A stretch of 64,000 nt of DNA from a virus (lineage: Duplodnaviria > Caudoviricetes), in IMG/VR virus record IMGVR_UViG_3300037067_008087, positions 1 through 64,000 of that record; one strand, 5' to 3'. Both the position numbers and the translations under genes were made by a program. The stretch's first letter is position 1, and each line of letters opens with the position of its first letter. The notes under the pieces are model-generated. The model had not been told where the DNA came from, searched no databases, and was given only the letters and a program-made list of their open reading frames with translations. Positions 28,801-37,300 of this stretch are shown in pieces.

Positions 28801-30154
28801 CATATTGGCAGCATTGGCTAAAACAGAAATAGTTATCAATATAGACTGTGATATTGTTGTCCCCCCCAATCAGATATATGAGGCGGTTAAGATGCTGAGA
28901 AACGGCTATGAGTTCGTTTTCCCGTATGAGGGGATATTTGTGAGGGTGGGGAATGGGTCTAATGACCGGAACCAAGATTATATAAAATTAATTAAAGAGG
29001 CTGGAGACATAGGGATATTAAAGGGAATAGAGTTTTTTGGCATGTCTTCCGACAATATAGAGAGCCATGGTGGTGTGTTTGGATTTAGGAAGGGTGTTTA
29101 CTTTAAGTACGGAGGGGATAACGAAAATTATGTTTCCTACGCACCAGAGGACACTGATAGAGCCTATAGATTCAGAACGCTGAGTAAATACGGGAGGGTA
29201 AGCGGTTCCCTTTATCACTTAAATCATTTTTGTGGTGTGGACAGCACTAATATGAATCCATATTTTAACGCATCAGTCAAGGAGTGGGGAAAGGTAAGGG
29301 CTATGAATAAAAAACAGCTCCTTGCTTACATTAAAACATGGGAGTGGGATTATAGTAAAGTAAAAACACTTAAGGATATAGATAAGGGGTCATGCATAAA
29401 AACAACTAAAAATAACATCACCGATGTTACATTTATCATACCTGTTAAATACGATCATCCAGACAGAAAAGAAAACCTTAATTTATGTATTAGTTTTTTA
29501 CGATATTGGTTTGATACTAATATAATAATAGGGGAACAGGGTGGCGATAAGTTCTCTTACGTAAAGGATATCGGGTGTGAATATGTGAAGTTTGACAGCA
29601 TGCATGAATTTCACCGCACACAGATGATAAATAAACTTACATCTATAGCTAAAACACCAATAGTTTTTAATTGGGATGCCGATGTTGTGGCTCCCCCGAA
29701 TCAGGTACTGGACGCGGTAAATTATTTAAGAAACGGGGGCGAGTTTGCTTATCCTTACAACGGAACATTTATTAAAATAGATAAGGACAAAGCGTCACAG
29801 TTTGGTATATCACTGGATATATCAATGCTTTTTTCGGCAGAACACCAAAAAATAGTGTCAGATTCTGATGGTGGGGCTATAGGATATAAAAAGGACGCCT
29901 TTTTTAGAATAGGGGGAGAAAATGAACATTACATGTCCCATAGCCCTGAAGACAGGGATAGAAAATACAGAATAGAGACCTTGGCTGAATACACAAGGAT
30001 ACCGGGGCCGTTGTTTCATATAAACCACTATAAAAGCAAAGACTCAATTCATGATAATCAATATAAGGTTATTAATAAAAGCGAATGGAGGAAGGTGGGA
30101 CAAATGAGTAAGGCAGAATTAACTAAATATATAAAAACATGGAAATGGATTTAA
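25874..30154 (+). CDS. Six-domain glycan-modifying protein: GT-A, FkbM MTase, GT25, GT11, GT-A, GT-A
   Basis: WADD; FEVGAC/AFEP/HMDVQGAE; CINL..DRR/ACSRSH/EDD; GRLGNQ/GYFQSEKYF/HIRRGD/NSSFSWWGA; two KYDHPDR...D.D...PED repeats. Confidence 0.88.
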   Translation: MLKILFNFPTRERPDRFKKSLDSILNNCEGDFRVIVKLDRDDPTISRYLALVDEYRNYPIIWNIGDSKNKVNAINRDISNLEWDVVFCWADDIFAIYKGFDNIIRGSFTDINSWPCFWDGYRKDDLITMCIVSRVNYDRFGYVYYPGYESLYCDNEMTEIARIMGGLNVIRHPQIVKHNHPALNTNVRFDELNTKNDKSSSVDKKLFEERKNNNFYINNNDELLALKYQQEPLEYEGLIYKYFNPKKKLTIFEVGACQCEDTLKLQKLFPNSDIHAFEPIPDNYNKGRQKISGITLNNIAVSDHKGEDDMYVSSGAPCGSGEFYGNKSSSLLAPYKHLEIFEWCKFNKKVRVKVDTIANYITKKNIKHINFIHMDVQGAELQVLKGCGAFISNVDIVFLEVARIEMYKDQALLPDINDFFISNGFELIYQNVSDVAGNQLWARIKSDLLFTSMPKYCINLAKEVDRRVGVAGEFEKLGLSINFYNAIDGKKLEPSRTMTANEIACSRSHRNIIKEAKRQGLEYVYICEDDIKFCDDFWKRIRRIESCGLDYDMLFLGGHFSDKEAMPIESSPTIHDNIYRVYRLAGAYSYIVKSTAYDKILNAPEKFAIDALYCYFIQKQVKAYAFIPFLTTCAPCFSNITGVYMEYPHVKWYYSKKIEMITYTKLGKNGRLGNQLFQVAAAIAIAKDNKTTAKLPVNWQYRNYFNVPDKYFGDTSPDLLVNVSNYHYDISKLEKVDFEKCVDLFGYFQSEKYFKNIKKDIIKWFTPKVARLDEWSVGMHIRRGDFVGNKAHINLKPEYYISAIDKYFNDPRYKFYICTDDPDYARFHFKGDRFIIADRTELEDFDVMVSCQNHILANSSFSWWGAYLAQSKRVIRPAKSFRGVLDPLSEKDLWQPEWITHEDHRIDLSDVTFITTFKYDHPDRIENLDIFMDQLGAYKTNILIGEMGGQIVKEKYPKNYVDLNFIKVFHHTRSNNILAALAKTEIVINIDCDIVVPPNQIYEAVKMLRNGYEFVFPYEGIFVRVGNGSNDRNQDYIKLIKEAGDIGILKGIEFFGMSSDNIESHGGVFGFRKGVYFKYGGDNENYVSYAPEDTDRAYRFRTLSKYGRVSGSLYHLNHFCGVDSTNMNPYFNASVKEWGKVRAMNKKQLLAYIKTWEWDYSKVKTLKDIDKGSCIKTTKNNITDVTFIIPVKYDHPDRKENLNLCISFLRYWFDTNIIIGEQGGDKFSYVKDIGCEYVKFDSMHEFHRTQMINKLTSIAKTPIVFNWDADVVAPPNQVLDAVNYLRNGGEFAYPYNGTFIKIDKDKASQFGISLDISMLFSAEHQKIVSDSDGGAIGYKKDAFFRIGGENEHYMSHSPEDRDRKYRIETLAEYTRIPGPLFHINHYKSKDSIHDNQYKVINKSEWRKVGQMSKAELTKYIKTWKWI

Positions 30155-30714
30155 TACGAATATTAGTAGATGTGGATCATGATGTGGACGGTAATTTGAA
30201 CGTGTCCCCGATAATAAGCGTCCCAGAACAGCCCTTTGATATTAATAAGTTATATGATTGTTTTAATAAATTAAAAATAACCATACAGGACAATAATTTC
30301 ATAGGGAAATATTGTGTGGTTTTAAAAATGGTTAATGGTAGTTATGAAATGAAGAATGTATTTTATCCGCGATCCATAAATATGGAAAGGATACATAATG
30401 ATGTGGCTATGCATTTTGGTCTTTCACCAGACGACCTATTATCAAAAACTAAAAAAAGAAAGATAGCAAAGCCAAGACAATTTTCAATGGCGCTCATGAG
30501 TTATTTACTTAATTCACCCACTGTTGTTGTCGGGGGATTCTATGGGTTAGACCATGCGACAGTTATTTTTGCAAGAGACAAGGCAATACCGGCATATTAT
30601 TTATCCAGAGATAAAGAAATAACTGACGCCATATCTTATTTTAATACCGCATACGGGTTGGCTAAGACAATAAACGACCATATAAAGGAAATTTTAGGAA
30701 AGCCTGTAAATTAA
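30139..30714 (+). CDS. Protein with C-terminal DnaA domain IV-like HTH
   Basis: VAMHFGLSPDDLLSKTKKRKIAKPRQ...DHATVIFA. Confidence 0.75.
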   Translation: MEMDLIRILVDVDHDVDGNLNVSPIISVPEQPFDINKLYDCFNKLKITIQDNNFIGKYCVVLKMVNGSYEMKNVFYPRSINMERIHNDVAMHFGLSPDDLLSKTKKRKIAKPRQFSMALMSYLLNSPTVVVGGFYGLDHATVIFARDKAIPAYYLSRDKEITDAISYFNTAYGLAKTINDHIKEILGKPVN

Positions 30715-30766
30715 TATGTTACAAATTGTGTGTTTTTCATAGTGTTTAAGTATTAGGTTGTTAAGG

Positions 30767-30798
30767 AAAACCCCGGAAGTCATATCTGGGGTTTTTTT
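30767..30798 (+). terminator. Intrinsic terminator
   Basis: AAAACCCC...GGGGTTTTTTT. Confidence 0.8.
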
Positions 30799-30805
30799 AT
30801 CTTTG
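30798..30805 (+). promoter_or_regulatory. -7 element TATCTTTG
   Basis: Consensus match 23 nt before the ATG at 30829. Confidence 0.6.
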
Positions 30806-30828
30806 TACCTACATTAAATTCATATAAA

Positions 30829-31311
30829 ATGGCAGGTGCATCAATCGTAGGGACGGGTCTCATCACCGTAGATGTTACACACAAAGATGGTAGGGCTTAT
30901 GCGAAGACTATTCTTTTAAGTTGTGGCAAAATAGGTGAGGCATGGGATAATTCTAGCAGCACTGCTGATTTTTACTATGACATTGAAGCGGGTCGTGGCC
31001 CGGCTGTGAGATTTACAGCAACAACACTTACTAAATCAACCCTTACTACTGCTATTGAAAATGCAGACACAGGGAATCCTCGTTTTCAGATTCATGTAAT
31101 GACTGAGAATAGGGGTAGAAGCGGTGAGGTTGCTGTAGACAGGCTTGTTACTATCTATACAGAAGACATTCTGTGGGGGGTAGATATCAACACGACTACT
31201 TCTTATTTGTATGTTAAACGTGGGTACGATAGGGTAAGACTGAAAACATCCCATATTTTAACTGACATAGTAAGTTCGGCAAGTACATCTAGATCGCTTA
31301 GCGCGTCCTAA
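30829..31311 (+). CDS. Hypothetical protein (monocistronic)
   Basis: 160 aa with its own promoter and terminator. Confidence 0.75.
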   Translation: MAGASIVGTGLITVDVTHKDGRAYAKTILLSCGKIGEAWDNSSSTADFYYDIEAGRGPAVRFTATTLTKSTLTTAIENADTGNPRFQIHVMTENRGRSGEVAVDRLVTIYTEDILWGVDINTTTSYLYVKRGYDRVRLKTSHILTDIVSSASTSRSLSAS

Positions 31312-31313
31312 TT

Positions 31314-31341
31314 AAAAAGGGGGTAGTCAGCCCCCTTTTTT
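31314..31341. terminator. Bidirectional intrinsic terminator
   Basis: AAAAAGGGGG-TAGTCAG-CCCCCTTTTTT between convergent genes. Confidence 0.85.
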
Positions 31342-31356
31342 CTTTGTTTACTATGG

Positions 31357-31587
31357 TCACTCCTCAAAACTATCTAATACCGTCATTAGATCAGCCTCGT
31401 TATTTGGTTCCTTGAATTTCCTCCGCAATCCATCCATTATATTTGTGGATATCGCCTTTACTTTAGCTATGTATTTTATCATGTTTATAGCCTCTGGACT
31501 TATGTGTGGTACGCCCTCAGGCTTTTCTTCCTCAAGATAAGAAATGAAATCTGCGTCATCCTTAAATTCAGTTCTAATTACGGGCAT
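31357..31587 (-). CDS. Hypothetical protein
   Basis: 76 aa, ends at the bidirectional terminator. Confidence 0.6.
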   Translation of the reverse strand: MPVIRTEFKDDADFISYLEEEKPEGVPHISPEAINMIKYIAKVKAISTNIMDGLRRKFKEPNNEADLMTVLDSFEE

Positions 31588-31663
31588 ATGTAATTTTTAT
31601 GTAAAGTTAAAAACTATATTTGAAATTTCCAAATTTTTATTTGTATATTATTTAATAGTTTAC

Positions 31664-31671
31664 TAACTTTG
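31664..31671 (+). promoter_or_regulatory. -7 element TAACTTTG
   Basis: Ends 5 nt before the ATG at 31677 (near-leaderless). Confidence 0.55.
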
Positions 31672-31676
31672 ATAGC

Positions 31677-31979
31677 ATGTATTCTGATATAATAATAAAA
31701 AGGATTGCGGCTGGGCAAACATTAACCATGCCAGAGTTTGAAAAGGCTATTAAAGATATTGAAAAGCAGGCTAAAGAAAAGGGAGCTGAAGAAACTAGGC
31801 TATTTCTGTCTGAAGTAAGAAGGGTGTCTAAGGTTTCTAAAGAAAAAGCTAGGGATAAGTATATCCAAATGATACTATCAGACATCAGTGATTTTTGTTA
31901 CGACATGAGAAGATTAAAAAATGGGCAAGACATCTCAAAAAATCCTGCTTCTGGAACTGGAACAATACCTGAAGAGTAA
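31677..31979 (+). CDS. Hypothetical protein
   Basis: 100-aa ORF. Confidence 0.55.
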   Translation: MYSDIIIKRIAAGQTLTMPEFEKAIKDIEKQAKEKGAEETRLFLSEVRRVSKVSKEKARDKYIQMILSDISDFCYDMRRLKNGQDISKNPASGTGTIPEE

Positions 31980-32241
31980 GTATCTGGTTATCGAAAAGGA
32001 GAAGATGATGAAAGACGTAATTAAAACCGACAGAAGATTCCGATATGACTACTTTATCCCATCAATATCAGTGGTTTGCGAAATTAATGGAGGATCATAC
32101 ATTCCAAGGGGTAGACACACGTATGGCAAGGGATATGAGACTGACTTAACGAAAATGAACATGACACAATTTCATGGTATTAAATATTTTCAGTTTACCT
32201 ATGACATGTTGGCAAAACAGGACTATAAAAATTACTTATGA
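31921..32241 (+). CDS. DUF559/Vsr-like PD-(D/E)XK endonuclease
   Basis: RFRYDY...CEINGG...GRHT...D..K.N. Confidence 0.75.
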   Translation: MGKTSQKILLLELEQYLKSKYLVIEKEKMMKDVIKTDRRFRYDYFIPSISVVCEINGGSYIPRGRHTYGKGYETDLTKMNMTQFHGIKYFQFTYDMLAKQDYKNYL

Positions 32242-32507
32242 TTTTCAGGGTTCATTATAACTGGATTGCGACTCCTGCCGGGGAAATATACCAAGACTAC
32301 ACCGTGGGTAGCTCTTACGAAGTGCCGGGGGAAACAGACGAAGATGGGCTCCCTAAATTTAGGAAAGTGGTGGGCATTGAATATGTGAAAAGAGGGAGAA
32401 ACACAAGGTCTTTGGGTTATGTTATAGTTAAAATGGATGATGGATACCAGATAATACAAGATAATATACAATCTTTATATTCAAAAGATGGAAACACCAA
32501 GGGTTAA
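32238..32507 (+). CDS. Hypothetical protein
   Basis: 89 aa, ATGA coupling. Confidence 0.55.
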   Translation: MIFRVHYNWIATPAGEIYQDYTVGSSYEVPGETDEDGLPKFRKVVGIEYVKRGRNTRSLGYVIVKMDDGYQIIQDNIQSLYSKDGNTKG

Positions 32508-32931
32508 AAGCGCTGAAACAGTACAGGCCTGTATAGATGAGTTATATAAGTTAAATGACTGGTATAAACATTCTTATAAATCATGCACTATAGAAAACCT
32601 ATCTCATGCAAGGGCTAAGATGGTAACATATAATGCCACCCTATCAACATTCGTAGCTGAAAGTAAGAATGAAGTTGTTGACACGGAACATGCACTGGAA
32701 ATGTCCTTTAATAAATTAAACATAACAAACCTAGATAGCGGGGAGAGTATAGCTAGGGCTAAAAGCACAGCCATATTATCAACAGAAAAAGAAAGAGAGG
32801 CTTTTAACCTTGCTAAAAAATATTTCACTTATATTTCCATCTTTCATGCTAATATGAATAATGTTATTGATGCCATGAGTCAGGATATAGCTACCATGAA
32901 AAAAGAAGAAAGGCAATCTCGGATATTATAA
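32488..32931 (+). CDS. Hypothetical helical protein
   Basis: 147 aa; last gene of the plus-strand block. Confidence 0.6.
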   Translation: METPRVKSAETVQACIDELYKLNDWYKHSYKSCTIENLSHARAKMVTYNATLSTFVAESKNEVVDTEHALEMSFNKLNITNLDSGESIARAKSTAILSTEKEREAFNLAKKYFTYISIFHANMNNVIDAMSQDIATMKKEERQSRIL

Positions 32932-33022
32932 CCCATTGCATTATATATGATTCATTAGTTTACAAAATAAGCCATAATGTATGATATATTTTACAAATAC
33001 ACCCATTTTGCAAATTTCATAG

Positions 33023-33094
33023 AGCTCCGCCGAGGTAACGATCCCCGTTATCTTATTTACAGGATAAGCACATCACCATTAATGTTTGCGGAGC
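33023..33094 (-). tRNA. tRNA-Thr(UGU), atypical
   Basis: Acceptor GCTCCGC/GCGGAGC, D-stem ACAT/ATGT, anticodon stem CTTAT/ATAAG with loop CC-TGT-AA, T-stem CGGGG/CCTCG; no encoded CCA. Confidence 0.75.
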
Positions 33095-33100
33095 GTAATG

Positions 33101-33129
33101 AAAAGCCCCACCATATAGACGGGGCCTTT
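33101..33129 (-). terminator. Intrinsic terminator
   Basis: GCCCC...GGGGC followed by TTTT on the minus strand. Confidence 0.7.
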
Positions 33130-33174
33130 GACTTCTTAACTTAAACTTAAAACCAACACAAATATAATAAAAAT

Positions 33175-33864
33175 TTAATTAGATAATCCTAATATTGCTA
33201 ATATTGTTGCAATCCCCCCAAATATTACAGCAACAGTCGCATTCCTATTAACATTCTTCTTAAGAAGTTTAATCTGGTAATCTTTATCTCCTATGACTTT
33301 ATTTTTCTGGTTATCTTGTTTTACATATAACTCTATCTGATTTTCATAAGTGGCATTAAGCAACTCACACTCCTCATAATTCATTAAAATAACATCCGTA
33401 TAAGCTTCGTATTGTACTATCTCATCCCGCAACATCCATGATTCGGAATAAATATTAAATAAGCCGTCTAATTGAGGCTCAGAGAAAGGATAGTCTTTAG
33501 GGGTATCGTCTGTACCAACTACAGTAATAAGGCTGTCATATTTAACGCTAGGGGGTATATTAGCATTACTAACCTTAAGCTCCGCTATTTGTTTATCTAA
33601 AGCTGATATTGATCTCTGATAAGCTTTAATTTCTTTATTGCCATCAATTATCCTTTGCTGTATCTCAATAACATCAGCCTTTAAAAGCTTTAGCGAATCA
33701 GATAAAACCCTTATAGTATCTTGTCTTAGGGAGATATCCGACTTTAACGCCTTAATTTCTTTTGAATATTTAACTCCACGGTGGCTAGCATAGCCGGCTA
33801 CAAACAATAACACAGCTATCATAACCACCGTTAGGATGTTAAATTTAATTTTAGCCTCAGCCAT
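33175..33864 (-). CDS. Coiled-coil protein with N- and C-terminal TM segments (spanin-like)
   Basis: Hydrophobic termini around a long heptad region. Confidence 0.5.
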   Translation of the reverse strand: MAEAKIKFNILTVVMIAVLLFVAGYASHRGVKYSKEIKALKSDISLRQDTIRVLSDSLKLLKADVIEIQQRIIDGNKEIKAYQRSISALDKQIAELKVSNANIPPSVKYDSLITVVGTDDTPKDYPFSEPQLDGLFNIYSESWMLRDEIVQYEAYTDVILMNYEECELLNATYENQIELYVKQDNQKNKVIGDKDYQIKLLKKNVNRNATVAVIFGGIATILAILGLSN

Positions 33865-33866
33865 TA

Positions 33867-34208
33867 TTATTCTTTTTTAAGTGCAGCTTTTACTCTCAAC
33901 CCGAAATCTGCTGCCTCTTTTAAGAGGTCAAGGGCGTCTTCAATAAGGGACTCAAGTTCATCATCAATAATATCAAACTCTACTTTTATGTGTTCCTTAA
34001 GTTCATCCATTTCAAACATGTCCAAATCATCTAATTCCTCCTTGATCTCAGCCGCATTTTTTATAAGGGTGGGGATTTCAATGAGGTTAGGGAGAAGAGC
34101 TGTGGTATCTGGCAGCCACTGCCATCCGTCTTGGGTAATGTTATCCACCTTATTAAACACATGAATTACAAAACCCACTGCTTGTTTTAGTTTATCTATA
34201 TCAGCCAT
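33867..34208 (-). CDS. Hypothetical protein (lysis-region)
   Basis: 113 aa behind the TAACTTTG at 34234-34241. Confidence 0.6.
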   Translation of the reverse strand: MADIDKLKQAVGFVIHVFNKVDNITQDGWQWLPDTTALLPNLIEIPTLIKNAAEIKEELDDLDMFEMDELKEHIKVEFDIIDDELESLIEDALDLLKEAADFGLRVKAALKKE

Positions 34209-34302
34209 AATTAAATAAGATTAAATTAGACAACAAAGTTACGAAAAGGGAATAACTAACTTCCACCTATCTCTGTCTGGTGTGTTGTGTAGATTAATTG
34301 CA

Positions 34303-37300
34303 TTATTTATACTGATTTACTAAGTCATATAACTGTTTATATGTTACCACCCTTATTTCATCCCCGGCAACCTGTTTAGTTCTAATATAGTCCAATATGT
34401 TTTCAAGTATTGTGTAATATTCATATTCCTCCAAATCCCACGTTCCCGGATGGCCATATATACCGAGTGTCGTCCTCTTGGTTGTTATAATTGCATCTAT
34501 ATGACCTTCAATAGTTGTTTGATTAGGAATATCAAATCCTTGTGCATAAAACAAATCCCACCTATTAATAGGTATTTTTAGCCTGTTGTTTGTAACTAAT
34601 GTTGCACTTACTGAACGTCCAATATTAAAATAATCTAATACCGCAGAAAAAGTTACATCATCAGCAGCTCCTCCGGGATATGCTTTAGATACAATCCTGT
34701 AATCAATAGCTGTATCGTAATAATTTACTGCCTTTTCATAATAGGTAGCTAATTGTTCAGTAGTATAATTTGCTGATGTTTCATGAAATTCTATTCTTTC
34801 TGGCGGATATTCTCCATTTATTGATAGAGTATGTAATCCTATTTCGTTATCGTTTTTAATTAATGATTTGATCTGTGTGTTTGTAAGATAATGACCGTAA
34901 TTAATAAAAAATGTTTGCGGCACACTATGAGGCACAAATACAGTGTCTAATAACGGAATTTCCGTTGGCGTTGTATGATCCCAACTAAATACCACAAGCG
35001 GAAAATCAACATTTTGAATTAACACATAATCGGTATTGTATTGAGCATGATCGCTGTCGCTTACATATACATCATCTTTGAAAATTATTAAATCCTTGAT
35101 ATATCCTGTCGTTCTATAATTATAGCCTCCATCATAATAATTGGAATCCATCTTATTATAGTATAGATGTGGCCTCCAATTATCAAAATCCGTGAATTTT
35201 AACGGATCACCAACGAAAATCGTATCTAAAACCTCTCTGACAGAATTTGCTTCACTTAGTGATTCATCGCCTGTTGCAGTGAATATTTGATTTTCCGTAT
35301 ATTCGCCAAAATATCCTTCCGTTGTGTTTTCGATAAAATAATTTTTATCAGCCACACAATATCCGCTTAATAATAAAGTACTTAATTTAGGCTTTTCAAG
35401 GGTGAAAGGGAAGTCAATATCACAAGCATATCTTAACCATGTTGATCCATCCTGAACATTCCTTAATGGCTTGCCTAAAACATCGTTAGTCCCCGCCAAT
35501 AATCCCGGTATTATATAATATTCCTCTACCAATACCGAATTAATCTCAAATGATGATCTTGCACTCCCATTAAAATATAAATATAACGTGGTTTCTCCGG
35601 CGGTGAAATTTGCAACATGGCTTCTGTTTACCAAATCCCACGGAGCTACTGTAATTAATCCACCTCCTGCATTATATCCTGCATATAGAGCAGTACCTAT
35701 AATTGTTAATCTTGTATATATTCCTGACGTGATCGTATTGTTTCTTTGCAAATACGGGCGTGTCGTTGCGGATGCTGTTGGTTGTTTAGTTACCTCTGCC
35801 GTTAAGTTATTATTTGAAAAGGATAGAGTACCAGTGCCACTCGTCCCCCAAACTGCCGACCATCCACTTGTAGATGTTGAAAAATCTGATTGGTATTTAA
35901 CTTTTGTATCATTATAACCATATTGAGCCAGATAGAAATAATTATTCTGAGTTGCAACATTCGCCTCTGCCAAACCACTACACAAAGCATGATGACTATT
36001 ACCAGACACGTCATAAGAAGTCGTTGGTATATTAGTTTCAATTATTGGCTCACAGAATGGAATTATTGCCCATATAACATCTTCCCTCCAAATACTAATA
36101 CCATATACAGTATCCCCTTCTGCTATCCTTAATGTCCCGTCAACCGGAATAGTCGGCAAATCACTGCCATCAACAACAGATATAGAATCAGTAGTTAAAA
36201 CTCCTGTAATTGTATAATCTAAATTACCAGTTATTGATGTTCTTGCTGAAGCGTTCTTTAAAGCCGCATTATTCTCGTAAAATGTGGCGTCTATCCATTC
36301 ATTTGTTGTAAAATTAAAAGTATCTGCAACAAAAACATATATATTAACAGCAACCGTAATAATATTTGAACTCGCACTCACTCCCGCTGAATTTACCGCC
36401 CTCACCCTGTAATAGTAAGTTGTGTTCTCGGTTAGTCCGGTAACTGATTGAGAAGTCCCGCTTACCGTCAGATTGTTATACCCAGTTACAAAGGTTGCAA
36501 AGTTACTTGCCGTTGATACGTCCAGCCTGTAACTCGATGCCCCCGATACTGCAGTCCAATTAGCAGTAAAACTTGTGTCGGTTACGGAGGTGGCTGCCGT
36601 TGCTACGGGGGCAGACATATACACCATAAACGAATTACCACCCTTCATAAACTTACCCTCTGACTTCATAAACTGTCCACCGCTACCCATGAATCCACCA
36701 GTAGGTGTTTCCGGTGCTGCTGCGACTGTTACCGTTACCGTCCACTCCTGAGTTGATTCGTCCAGTGCTGTGACTGTATAAACAACCAGAGAAGTAAAGT
36801 CTGTTGCTGTTCCGCTTGTAGGTGAAATTGTCGCTCCTTCACTTACTGTTATTGTAGGCTGTAAAGCTGTTACTGATGTGCCGTATTCGACTTCTATACT
36901 TACAGTATGAGCAGTTGAGTTTATTGTGGCTGATCCGGTTTGGGCTGAGAGGGTGAAGGTTAGGATGTTAGTGGCGGTGCTGTCGGCTGAGCCGTATTCG
37001 GAATAACCGAGGTCAGGGGCAAGCCCGTTGTAAGGCAATCCCACGTCAACACCAGCGTCTATTAAAACAGAACCTTCTTTTAACGTTAGGAACGTTATGT
37101 CTGGAAGTGAACCATCCGCTTTTCTGGAGGCTGTTAGTTCCGCAAACATAGAAGCTGAATCTAATATATTAAAGTTATCATTCAGCCCCGAATATGCCCA
37201 ACTAAGCGTATCATTGTATTCCCAATAAGGTATTTCACCGTTCGTAAATAACCATGTGTTATGATCTCCTCTCGCATAGCTGGGTGGGCCATCACACGCT

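Noticed and set aside
32967-32994. Second dif-like site (CATAATGTATGATATATT)
   Set aside because: The XerD arm does not match
33050-33070. Reading the tRNA as Tyr(GUA) with loop CTGTAAA
   Set aside because: That register breaks the anticodon stem; the UGU register gives five perfect pairs
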